The position numbers were made by a program, and so were the translations under genes. A stretch of 64,000 bases of DNA from Promethearchaeota archaeon. GTDB taxonomy: Archaea > Asgardarchaeota > Thorarchaeia > Thorarchaeales > Thorarchaeaceae. The stretch is from NCBI GenBank assembly GCA_014728035.1, contig WJMJ01000078.1, forward strand, positions 145,036 to 209,035, read 5' to 3'. The notes under the pieces are model-generated. The model saw only the letters and a list, made by a program, of their open reading frames with translations, was not told the DNA's origin and made no database searches. Below, in pieces: positions 29,116-38,088 of the stretch (the stretch's first letter is position 1; every line of letters starts with the position of its first letter).

Positions 29116-30342
29116 ATGTCAGGAAATGGTGGCGATCGAGTAGATAAAGGTCTAAAAGCACTCCTTGACAAGGCAATAGACCTTGATAAACGAGGAATGA
29201 ACAAAGAAGCATGCGAATATTATCTCAAATCAAGTAAGATTCTACTCAAACTTTCAAATTCCGCATCACTTCCATCCATCCGCAAACACTATTTTGATCG
29301 AGCTCAAGAGTGTGTTGATCGAGTTCGATACCTTTCAGGAATAAAGAAGAAATCAAAGGGCCCAACTGAAGGACTTAGTACGATACCAAAGAGACATCCA
29401 TTACCTGAAGAAACTGCTGAGAAAGAATCCAAAGATGCAGAGAGAGAAGAAGATACGGATGCACAAAGGCTCAAAGACATGATTGCTGACACAATAATTA
29501 CAGAACGGCCAAACATCAAGATGTCTGAAATTGCAGGACTTGACGAAGCAAAACAAGCAATCCAAGATGCAATTATTGCTCCAGCAAAACACCCAGAGTT
29601 ATTCAAAGGGAAATCACGCCAACCTTGGAGAGGTATCTTGTTTTATGGACCAGCTGGTTGTGGGAAGACCCTAATTGCTAAAGCGGTAGCAGCTGAAGTT
29701 AATGCCACCTTTTTCAACGTGTCAGCCGCTAATATTGTCAGCAAGTGGCTTGGGGAATCTGAAAGATTGATTATGACCTTGTTTGATCTTGCTAGAAAGA
29801 ATCAACCAGCAATCATCTTCATGGATGAACTAGATTCGGTGGGAGTGGCAAGGTCTGGTGATGACGTTGGGGGAGAACGAAGACTAAAAACACAATTGCT
29901 AACTGAACTCCAAGGACTATCTAGTAAACAAGATGAACGAATTACAGTCATAGGTGCAACTAACTTACCTTGGGAGATTGATTTTGCTTTACGTTCACGG
30001 TTTGAAAAGAGAATTCATGTGCCATTGCCTAATAAAGAGGCACGAACGGAAATTTTCAAAATTCATATGGAAGATATCGATATTGATACAGATGTCGATT
30101 TCAAAGAACTCGCAGATTTAAGTGAGGGATACAGTGGAAGAGATATCAGCGTAGTCTGTCGAGAAGCCGCAATGGAGCCCATTAGGGATCTTCAGAAGAC
30201 TGGGAGAATGGATGACGAAGGTGAAATTCTATCACTTAGACCAGTTTCTAGAAATGATTTTCTCCAAGCAATAGACAACATTCGACCAGCAACATCTCCA
30301 GAGGATATCAAGAAGTATATTGATTGGGCGGAGGGCTCTTAA
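29116..30342 (+). CDS. vps4: Vps4 AAA ATPase with N-terminal MIT domain
   Basis: MIT-like KAIDLD...EACEYY; PWRGILFYGPAGCGKT, VSKWLGESE, FMDELD, GATNLPW, RFEKRI, GYSG.DI. Confidence 0.92.
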   Translation: MSGNGGDRVDKGLKALLDKAIDLDKRGMNKEACEYYLKSSKILLKLSNSASLPSIRKHYFDRAQECVDRVRYLSGIKKKSKGPTEGLSTIPKRHPLPEETAEKESKDAEREEDTDAQRLKDMIADTIITERPNIKMSEIAGLDEAKQAIQDAIIAPAKHPELFKGKSRQPWRGILFYGPAGCGKTLIAKAVAAEVNATFFNVSAANIVSKWLGESERLIMTLFDLARKNQPAIIFMDELDSVGVARSGDDVGGERRLKTQLLTELQGLSSKQDERITVIGATNLPWEIDFALRSRFEKRIHVPLPNKEARTEIFKIHMEDIDIDTDVDFKELADLSEGYSGRDISVVCREAAMEPIRDLQKTGRMDDEGEILSLRPVSRNDFLQAIDNIRPATSPEDIKKYIDWAEGS

Positions 30343-30345
30343 ATC

Positions 30346-31071
30346 GTGAGCACAAGAGAACGAACACGGGAGAAGAAAGAGAAGACCAAATCAAGAACTA
30401 CAGAGAAAAAGTCAGAGTCTATTGATAAGAAGACCGAATCTGGAGAGAACGAGAGAACACCTAGAGAAGTCGCCAAATCTGTTATAGGACGAACAGCTGA
30501 AAAAACCACCCAACACAGTAGCTTAGAATCGGGAAAAACTACTCAAGTCACCGATTCCATTCAACCTCTACTTCCATTATGGGGAAACCGAGAAGAGAGT
30601 GAGTGGATGTATCACATTCCAGATAGAGGTGATGACAAGAAAATGTGGGCACAGGAGTGGGCGGATTTTCTTCTTGAATGGACACAGGATAAAGTCGTAC
30701 ACATAATTTCAGTTACTATGTTCCTCAAGGAATCACCCTTTAACGAAATTCTAGGAAAATCTGATGCTTTCAAAATGATTGGAGATGCACTAGTAGAAAA
30801 GGAAATGGCAGATTGGACAAGTAGAAAGAAAAGGCAACTTCGAATCTATTGGAGGCCATTAGAGGAGTGGGCGGATATCATTTATCAATGGGCTCTGGAA
30901 ACTGGGCAAATCCGATTAGATGTCAAATCATTAATCATTCAAAACGCGGATCAAGATTTTGCTTCTCTGCCTGAGAAAGACCTGTATATAGTCATGGAAC
31001 TGATGGTCGAAAAAGAATTTGCAGAATGGGTAGATAAGAAAAGAGGGGCTATCAAAGTCAACCTGATTTAA
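30346..31071 (+). CDS. vps25: ESCRT-II subunit Vps25-like
   Basis: EWADFLLEW; IYWRPLEEWADIIYQWA matches the Vps25 WRxxEEWxxxIYxW motif. Confidence 0.85.
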   Translation: MSTRERTREKKEKTKSRTTEKKSESIDKKTESGENERTPREVAKSVIGRTAEKTTQHSSLESGKTTQVTDSIQPLLPLWGNREESEWMYHIPDRGDDKKMWAQEWADFLLEWTQDKVVHIISVTMFLKESPFNEILGKSDAFKMIGDALVEKEMADWTSRKKRQLRIYWRPLEEWADIIYQWALETGQIRLDVKSLIIQNADQDFASLPEKDLYIVMELMVEKEFAEWVDKKRGAIKVNLI

Positions 31072-31076
31072 CTAGT

Positions 31077-31829
31077 TTACATGGGATTCTGACCACTCTC
31101 AGATTCATCACGAGCTCGTAATCCAGGGAACCAATATCGCCCACCTGTGGAAAATCTTCGATCGGCTACGGCCATCCCGGCTTCAACTAAACTGCCAAGT
31201 ACTTGTCTAGCATGGTCTTCTGACCACTTTAGACGCATCATAACTTCTTCAATTGATGTGAATCCTTTAGAAGCAGCTAGGTTTATCACGTCCGATTGGT
31301 CTCTTCGTAATTCAAGCGGCCTAAGCTCTACAACTTTCACTCCACATCTCAATGTACGGATTCCAGGAATAAGACCATGTTCAGCAACCATATTCACAGC
31401 TTGAATTACATCATTGTATGAAACTGATTTCAACTGAGGAATCTTTCGAACGACTTCAACAATAAGCTCAGCGAGCCCCATTAGACCTTTTGATGAATTT
31501 GCAGTTGCAACATCTAATACAGCAAGTCCAATAAAATCATAGTATTCTTCTTCCGACATTCCTTCGGGCAAGGTACTCTGAATAGAGGATACGTTAAGCA
31601 TTCTTAGAGCCTCTGGAAAATCTCGAGAGAGCATTTCACCATCAAGAAATGATTGAATGTCAACTCCAAATTGTCTAAGCTCTTTTATGTAATTCCGAAC
31701 TTCGTAAACGAGTGCTTCTGACTCTCTCTGATATGACCTGATGTCGACAACGCCATGATCGAACATCTTTTTGAGTTGGTCGAGTGTTGCTATTGAGGCG
31801 TATAGCTCAGATTGAAGTCGATTCTGCAT
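31077..31829 (-). CDS. ESCRT-II Vps22/Vps36 (EAP30)-like protein with N-terminal Vps28-like segment
   Basis: YYDFIG..VLD...GLMGL.EL, VS..DVIQAV, ELRRDQ.DVI, WS...A..VL..LV..GMAV.D, YWFP; N-terminal ELYASIATLDQL. Confidence 0.83.
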   Translation of the reverse strand: MQNRLQSELYASIATLDQLKKMFDHGVVDIRSYQRESEALVYEVRNYIKELRQFGVDIQSFLDGEMLSRDFPEALRMLNVSSIQSTLPEGMSEEEYYDFIGLAVLDVATANSSKGLMGLAELIVEVVRKIPQLKSVSYNDVIQAVNMVAEHGLIPGIRTLRCGVKVVELRPLELRRDQSDVINLAASKGFTSIEEVMMRLKWSEDHARQVLGSLVEAGMAVADRRFSTGGRYWFPGLRARDESESGQNPM

Positions 31830-32270
31830 TAGCCATTATCCGTCCATAGAGAGTATACTATTCACTCGTCAGATAAGTTTCACAGGTAAAATGAGCCTTT
31901 AAGACCAAGTATTATACTCTTGATAGTCTTTAATTCCTAGACTATCATCTGCGCCGGAAATTGAACGTGGAAAAGCATATAGACTGCGCGCAACTCATAA
32001 CCATGATTTAATCTCATTCCTATTGCTCATTCTCTCAACTCGAATCCAATTCGGAATAATCCACATTGCTTCTTTGGTATGGCGTTAATTGTCACAAATT
32101 GAGACTATATTGAAGGTCCTAAATTTGTCCTTCGCTATACATATTGAGCCTGACATATCCCCTCATTTTATTTTCGTTCTGATAGAATCATCAGTCAGTA
32201 ACAATACAACCAGTCCACATAACCAATCAAAAGTAATAACAAACTTGTTTCAGTATGTCCACCAGTTATA

Positions 32271-32408
32271 CCAAAATCAAATATCGAAAGTCATCTGTGG
32301 TACTCCATGAAACATGACTGCAACACCTCCAATAATAACAAATCAGCTATTCTCATCTCCAAAGTAGTCCGATATGATGGAAAGGATTTCTTCTTTCTTC
32401 GATTTCAT
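32271..32408 (-). pseudogene. Decayed nucleotidyltransferase (MNT/AbiEii-like) remnant
   Basis: Hand translation MKSKKEEILSIISDYFGDENS*FVIIGGVAVMFHGVPQMTFDI then a +1 shift to DF; matches the GGxA..HG.PR.T.DiD motif. Confidence 0.65.
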
Positions 32409-32743
32409 TATATTCCCAGCTCCTTTCGAGGCTGTATTAAGTTGGAATGCGAATGCTTCAAACATTGCTCTAGTGTCTGATTCGGCAGGATTTGAAACCG
32501 TTTACAACGCCCGCAACCCCTGTAGAGCAGTCTGAATAATATTTGGAAGGGGAAATGTTAGTCAAGTAGATATCTGAAGAATTGGATATTTCCCATCTGA
32601 TCCGGTTCGAGAAATAAATATTGGATAATGCACGAAACTCTAGAAAACATTTATAGGTATGGAATAAACTGCACGCATAATTTTGACGAGTTACAAAGTC
32701 AAGATGAGAGAAAAACACTAGAAATAGTGTTGGAGGATATGAT

Positions 32744-33868
32744 ATGTATAGTCGATACCAAATTATGGTAATCTCTATCTGTCTTGCTCTTGCCGCGCCA
32801 GGGTTTGTGACGGCGTTTGCTACGCCGATTGCAAATCCTATTGTTGTTACTTTTCAAGACACACATGCGGAGAGAGCTGCATTGGATACATTCCAAGGAG
32901 AAATATCTAATGCAATAACTGTAGAATATGGAAGCATCCAATATAACCTAATGAAAATGCGATCCATTGGACCAATGGTCTTTATTGGGCATGGAAATGA
33001 CAATGGAATCGAGGATAAAGCTGGAGTTGTATCAGCAGAGCAGATGCAGACTGAAATTCAGACTACAGCGGCACCTCAAATATTTCTTCTAGCCTGTGAT
33101 TCAGATGAAATTGCATCAATGGATAAGTCGGGTAGAACACATGGATATAACTACATGGTAGATGCAGAGCTAGCTGCATATGATGCGGTCATTCGAATCA
33201 AACTATTCTATGGACAGATTGAATCAGCTATAGACACATTCAACACATTCAGAGAAGTTCTTACAAGCAAATTCACCGGAGAACGAGAGATTCTTTGGAT
33301 GGGGCTATCTATGCTGGATCCAGGTGATCCTACTGGTGGAGGTACACCTGAACCCGTATTTAGCACACGAGAAAAACTCAATGCGATTAGAGTCTTTGTT
33401 TTAGGTTGTGTTTTTGCACTGATTGGTTTTGGAATCGAGGTAGCAAAAGACAAACTAATCGAAGCAGTAACAATTGAGTGTGCAGGAATTACAATGCAAT
33501 CCAGTAAACTTGTGCAAGTCTTCAATTATGTGAACGACTATGGTATTGGTACACTTGGACAAGCAGTGAATGGTATCTATGGTGGTTGGGGCGATATGGC
33601 AACCGACTGGTTAGATACATCAGTGAATTGTCTGAAAACATGGACTGACAGAATGACTGCTGGTGAATGGGCAGCTTTCATTGCAATTATTGCATTAGAA
33701 ATCGTTGTTGTAATTCTCACAGCCGGTTCAGAAGCATGGGTCAGACTTGTTGCAGGTATCGGGTTTGCTGCACTTGAAGCTGCCACAATAGCCATCTGTG
33801 ATGCACACGATTCAAACTATTATCCAGCTTCAACTTTGATGGATGCCATCTCTGGTTGGGACACATAA
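32744..33868 (+). CDS. Secreted protein: signal peptide, clan-CD peptidase-like domain, hydrophobic C-terminal domain
   Basis: Hydrophobic N-terminus ending AFA; VFIGHG and IFLLACDS; linker DPGDPTGGGTPEP; three hydrophobic helices. Confidence 0.7.
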   Translation: MYSRYQIMVISICLALAAPGFVTAFATPIANPIVVTFQDTHAERAALDTFQGEISNAITVEYGSIQYNLMKMRSIGPMVFIGHGNDNGIEDKAGVVSAEQMQTEIQTTAAPQIFLLACDSDEIASMDKSGRTHGYNYMVDAELAAYDAVIRIKLFYGQIESAIDTFNTFREVLTSKFTGEREILWMGLSMLDPGDPTGGGTPEPVFSTREKLNAIRVFVLGCVFALIGFGIEVAKDKLIEAVTIECAGITMQSSKLVQVFNYVNDYGIGTLGQAVNGIYGGWGDMATDWLDTSVNCLKTWTDRMTAGEWAAFIAIIALEIVVVILTAGSEAWVRLVAGIGFAALEAATIAICDAHDSNYYPASTLMDAISGWDT

Positions 33869-33877
33869 AATTTTGAG

Positions 33878-33899
33878 AATCGGGGTGCATCCCCCGATT
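33878..33899. terminator. Hairpin between convergent genes
   Basis: AATCGGGG-tgcatc-CCCCGATT perfect 8-bp stem, followed by TCATTTCTTTTTT. Confidence 0.65.
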
Positions 33900-33917
33900 T
33901 CATTTCTTTTTTGAAAG

Positions 33918-35276
33918 CTATGGAGTGATTCTATCTCTATCACGGGGGAGTAGTGTTGCTTCACGAATATTATCAATTCCTAACAACTGCATGGTAAGTC
34001 GTTCTACACCAAGACCTAATCCACCATGAGGTGGTGCCCCATATTTGAAAGGTTCCAGATAAAAGCCAAAATTATCAACATTGTATCCTTTAGCCTTGAA
34101 TCGGTCCACTAGTAAATCATAGAGATGAATTCGTTGACCTCCAGTTGTAATTTCCATTCCCTTGTAGGTTAAATCAAAGCTTTCTGTCATGCCCTCATCA
34201 GTAGTACTAGGCATTGTGTAGGCGGGTCGTAACTCTAGGGGATAATGGGTTATGAATACCATATCAGTTCCGAATTTTTCGGGAAATACTTCTCCAAGAA
34301 TCTTCTCACTCTCAGGGTCAAGGTCATCAGTAATGCTTAGGTCTTTCCCTTCCTGATTCACCAAATCGATAGCCTCAGCATATTTTATCCGTTTGAAGGG
34401 CACATCAGGGACTTCAAGATTTACACCCAAGGTTTCCAAGGCAGAAGCTAGTAATTCTTTGGTCTTCATAAATGTATAATGGAGCATGTTTTCCTCCATC
34501 CGCATTACATCTTCAACACCACTAATCCAAGACATCTCAAAGTCAAAGGAAGTGTACTCATTTATGTGACGACGGGTGTTATGCTTCTCAGCTCGGAAAA
34601 CAGGTGCAATCTCAAAGACTCTACCAAAGCCAGCAAGAAGCATCAATTGTTTGTAAAATTGTGGACTCTGGGCTAGATACGCAGGTCTGTCAAAATACTT
34701 GACTTCAAAGAGGTTTGCTCCACCCTCAGTAGCCTCTGCGACAATTTTAGGTGTATGAATCTCTACAAACTCATGCTTCTCCAGATATTCTCGTGCAAAA
34801 CGTACAAGCGAATGTTGTATCCGAAAGATTGCATTTATGGTAGGCTTTCTCAGGTCAAGAATTCGAAAGTTCAAACGTGTATCAAGGTCAATATCCACCT
34901 TTCCTTCTACCACATCAATAGGTAACCTTTCAGCAGTATTGAGAATGCGAATAGAAGTAGGGATAACCTCAGCTCCAGCAGCGACTTGTTTTGCTTCCAC
35001 AACTTCCCCAGCTACGGAAACTGCATATTCAGGTTTGAGTTGTTCTGCTATCTGAAACAGCTCTGCAGGAACCTTCTTCTGATGTATGAAAATCTGGCAT
35101 GTACTACGTTCGTCTCTAAGAATGAGAAACTTGAGCTTTCCTTTATCTCTAAGAATGTGAACCCAACCCATCAATGTGACTTTTTCGCCAATATTGTCGG
35201 GATTAATCTCGGATGTGAAATGTGTTCTGCGCATGTCTCCAATAGGCACAACACCTGCATTTGTGTAGAAGTCCAT
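33918..35276 (-). CDS. aspS: Aspartyl-tRNA synthetase, archaeal type
   Basis: [51 protein letters not shown]. Confidence 0.96.
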   Translation of the reverse strand: MDFYTNAGVVPIGDMRRTHFTSEINPDNIGEKVTLMGWVHILRDKGKLKFLILRDERSTCQIFIHQKKVPAELFQIAEQLKPEYAVSVAGEVVEAKQVAAGAEVIPTSIRILNTAERLPIDVVEGKVDIDLDTRLNFRILDLRKPTINAIFRIQHSLVRFAREYLEKHEFVEIHTPKIVAEATEGGANLFEVKYFDRPAYLAQSPQFYKQLMLLAGFGRVFEIAPVFRAEKHNTRRHINEYTSFDFEMSWISGVEDVMRMEENMLHYTFMKTKELLASALETLGVNLEVPDVPFKRIKYAEAIDLVNQEGKDLSITDDLDPESEKILGEVFPEKFGTDMVFITHYPLELRPAYTMPSTTDEGMTESFDLTYKGMEITTGGQRIHLYDLLVDRFKAKGYNVDNFGFYLEPFKYGAPPHGGLGLGVERLTMQLLGIDNIREATLLPRDRDRITP

Positions 35277-35415
35277 AGTAATTGCCTCGGAACTAAACTT
35301 TTACACGATTTGATTACATTAAGAGGCTTTTGGATTATCAACAAGTTATTCGTCAACAGTCAACTTATCTGTCAAAAAGCCATAGCAAACTGGTGCCTAA
35401 ACTACTACCGGAAAA

Positions 35416-37623
35416 ATGATGGGACCATCAAAAATGACAACCATTCATGTTCTTATAATTGACGATGATGATGATTTACTAGAAATTTCAAAGAGGTTCG
35501 TTAATAAAATAGATGACACTATTGAGATTACTACAGTTAACTCGGGGAAAAGAGGACTTGAAATTTTAGCTAGCATGTATTTTGATGTAGTTGTATGCGA
35601 TTTTCAAATGGAAAAGATGAACGGACTTGATGTATTGAAGACCATTCGAGAACAGCAAAACCAGATCCCATTCATCATGTTTACTGGCCACAGTCACGAG
35701 CAGATAGCTATTCAAGCATTGAATTTAGGAGCAACAAATTACCTCACAAAAACTGGAAACCCCAAGACATTGTATACTGAACTAGTTCATCTCATAAGAA
35801 GAGCTGTGGAACATGACAGAACGGAAAGAGCACTTAGAGAAAGTGAGGAACTGTATAGAAGCCTAGTTGAAGCTTCACCTGATGCGGTCTTCGTTTTCAA
35901 TCTTGAAGGAAAAATATTACGATTGAATCAGCAGGCGAAAAGATTACTTGGAATAGAGAATATTGAGGAGATAATTGGTAAAGACTATCGATACTGGTTA
36001 GTAGGGAAACAAGCAAAGACAGCGAATATTGAATTTGAGAAACTTGTAAGAGGAGAAGCATTGAGTCAGCGTGAATACAAGTTCACACTAGAGAATGGAG
36101 AACCAATAACTGTAGAGGCACATTCAACTAGTTTGAAAAATAGCCACGGTGAACCTGTAGGGATACTGGCAGTTGTAAGAGATATAACTAGGAGAAACGC
36201 AATTGAGGAAGAGATTCGCATAAGTGAGGAAAGACTTCGGTCACTAGCCAATAACATTGATAGTGCAATTTGGCTTAGCAGTCCATCCAATCCTTCTAAA
36301 ATAATCTACCTCAATCCAGGATTTGAACAGATCTGGGAAGTTCCAGTAGAACACGCACTCCAGAACCCAGAAGTTTTCACAGAATCCATCCATCCAGAAG
36401 ATAAAGCAAGAGTTGAAACAGCTATTGCTGATTTTGTGAGAGAGCAAATAGACTATAATCTTCAATATCGAATCTTGACAGGCCAAGGAGAATTGAAATG
36501 GATCTGGGCAAAAGGATTTTTTATCCTCGGGAAAGAGAAAGGAGTTCGACAATTTGGAGGTATAGCTCAAGATATCACCGAGTGGAAAAAAACTCAAAAA
36601 GCTCTAGAGGAGTCCCTAACACAATTTGACCGTTTATTTGCTGCGTCTATCAATGGCGTCGCTCTATGTGATACTAGTGGAATATTGAAGCAGGCTAATT
36701 CCGCAATTCTGGATATGCTTGGATACGAACATAATGAGCTAATTGGTAAGAACATCTCCGAGTTCACCGTTCAAGAATATCATGAAGATTTCTTTAGAAC
36801 ACTTTCAGAAATGAGAATCGATACACAGATTAGAAGCTTGAAATATGAATATTATCACAAGAATGGGACAAGAATTCCAGTTTCACTAAATATTTGGACA
36901 AATATTGACCAGAATGATGAGATAATTGGTTACTGGATAATCATACGAGATATCAGTAAGCAAAAGGATATGATTGAAAAATTAAGTGAATCGAAAGAGA
37001 AGTACCGAAGAGAACGAGAGAGATTGAGTGAGCTAGCTCATCACATGCGTCATGATTTAGTGGCGGGATTACAAAATATTGAAGCATTTAGTGAGCTGAT
37101 CAAGGATAATATGGACTTCAAGTTAATTGATAGAATTCGCGAGAACGCGCGACAAATGAGAAAAGTGCTTGACAGGTCTGTGGAACTAGCTGATGCTGGA
37201 TTGGTTATTGGCAAAATGCAACAGACAGATATGGCAAAATTAGTTGATGAAGTAGCTTATCGTGTAATTCCAGAGAATGTTACAGTTGAACATAAAAACT
37301 TACCAATTGTGAAATGTGATAGAGAGAAAATAGAACAGGTACTTCATAATATCTTGACCAACGCTATTCAACATGGAAAAGCAAAGACAATCGTGGTATT
37401 TTCTCAGGAATTAGAAAGTGAATTACAGATTGTTATAAGAAATGATGGAGAATCAATCCCTGATAAAATCAGAAAACAGATATTTCGAGGAGACTACTTT
37501 CTTAGGACATCTGAAAGCTTAGGTATGCAGATTGTAAGAAGAATCATTGAAGCACATGGTTGGTCAATCACATTAGATGAAGGAGAACCAGTTTCATTTA
37601 GGATTAGTATACCAAGAAAATAA
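35416..37623 (+). CDS. Hybrid sensor histidine kinase (REC-PAS-PAS-PAS-HisKA-HATPase)
   Basis: LIIDDD, VVCDFQM, FTG, YLTK; three PAS/PAC repeats; MRHDL; NILTNAIQHG, NDG, LGM. Confidence 0.92.
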   Translation: MMGPSKMTTIHVLIIDDDDDLLEISKRFVNKIDDTIEITTVNSGKRGLEILASMYFDVVVCDFQMEKMNGLDVLKTIREQQNQIPFIMFTGHSHEQIAIQALNLGATNYLTKTGNPKTLYTELVHLIRRAVEHDRTERALRESEELYRSLVEASPDAVFVFNLEGKILRLNQQAKRLLGIENIEEIIGKDYRYWLVGKQAKTANIEFEKLVRGEALSQREYKFTLENGEPITVEAHSTSLKNSHGEPVGILAVVRDITRRNAIEEEIRISEERLRSLANNIDSAIWLSSPSNPSKIIYLNPGFEQIWEVPVEHALQNPEVFTESIHPEDKARVETAIADFVREQIDYNLQYRILTGQGELKWIWAKGFFILGKEKGVRQFGGIAQDITEWKKTQKALEESLTQFDRLFAASINGVALCDTSGILKQANSAILDMLGYEHNELIGKNISEFTVQEYHEDFFRTLSEMRIDTQIRSLKYEYYHKNGTRIPVSLNIWTNIDQNDEIIGYWIIIRDISKQKDMIEKLSESKEKYRRERERLSELAHHMRHDLVAGLQNIEAFSELIKDNMDFKLIDRIRENARQMRKVLDRSVELADAGLVIGKMQQTDMAKLVDEVAYRVIPENVTVEHKNLPIVKCDREKIEQVLHNILTNAIQHGKAKTIVVFSQELESELQIVIRNDGESIPDKIRKQIFRGDYFLRTSESLGMQIVRRIIEAHGWSITLDEGEPVSFRISIPRK

Positions 37624-37629
37624 ACTGGT

Positions 37630-37660
37630 GTAGGTTCCGTTTCTGAGATACAGAACCTAC
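37630..37660. terminator. Hairpin between convergent kinase and MarR genes
   Basis: GTAGGTTCCGTTTC...GATACAGAACCTAC, 12 of 14 bp inverted repeat. Confidence 0.5.
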
Positions 37661-37673
37661 TATTGATTTTGAA

Positions 37674-37970
37674 TTACATAGGAGCCGACACTAATTCATA
37701 TACACGCTCTCGTCTGTCATCATCACTCTCTTCTTCTCGAATAAGTCCCAAATCGCGCAGTCGGCTCAAGCCATAATTTACAGTTCTTGGCGGTAGAAAA
37801 GTAAGATCAATTAGATCTTGCCTAGACAAGCGATGTCTATTCTTGAGAAGAACATACAGAAACTTTGCAGACGGAGGTAGTGCTAAGAATGAGCGCCTGG
37901 CAAACACGATCCCACCTAAGAATTGTTGCCAAAGATTTTGTACCTCCTTTTGCTTACGATATTCAATCAA
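37674..37970 (-). CDS. Small MarR-like wHTH protein
   Basis: LPPSAKFLY..L, LPPRTVNYGLSRL..GLI, D.RERVY. Confidence 0.8.
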   Translation of the reverse strand: MIEYRKQKEVQNLWQQFLGGIVFARRSFLALPPSAKFLYVLLKNRHRLSRQDLIDLTFLPPRTVNYGLSRLRDLGLIREEESDDDRRERVYELVSAPM

Positions 37971-38088
37971 TGTTCAACCTGTAAAAAACTTGTTGATTCC
38001 AGCTTACAGGTCTACACTAATAACTCTGATAAGAGATTTTCATCTAAGCAAATCGTACAAACAGATGAAACTGAAAATCTCGATTTAG

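Noticed and set aside
32089-32718. Short ORFs 32089-32310 (+) and 32470-32718 (-)
   Set aside because: No motifs and atypical composition; they lie in a decayed region.
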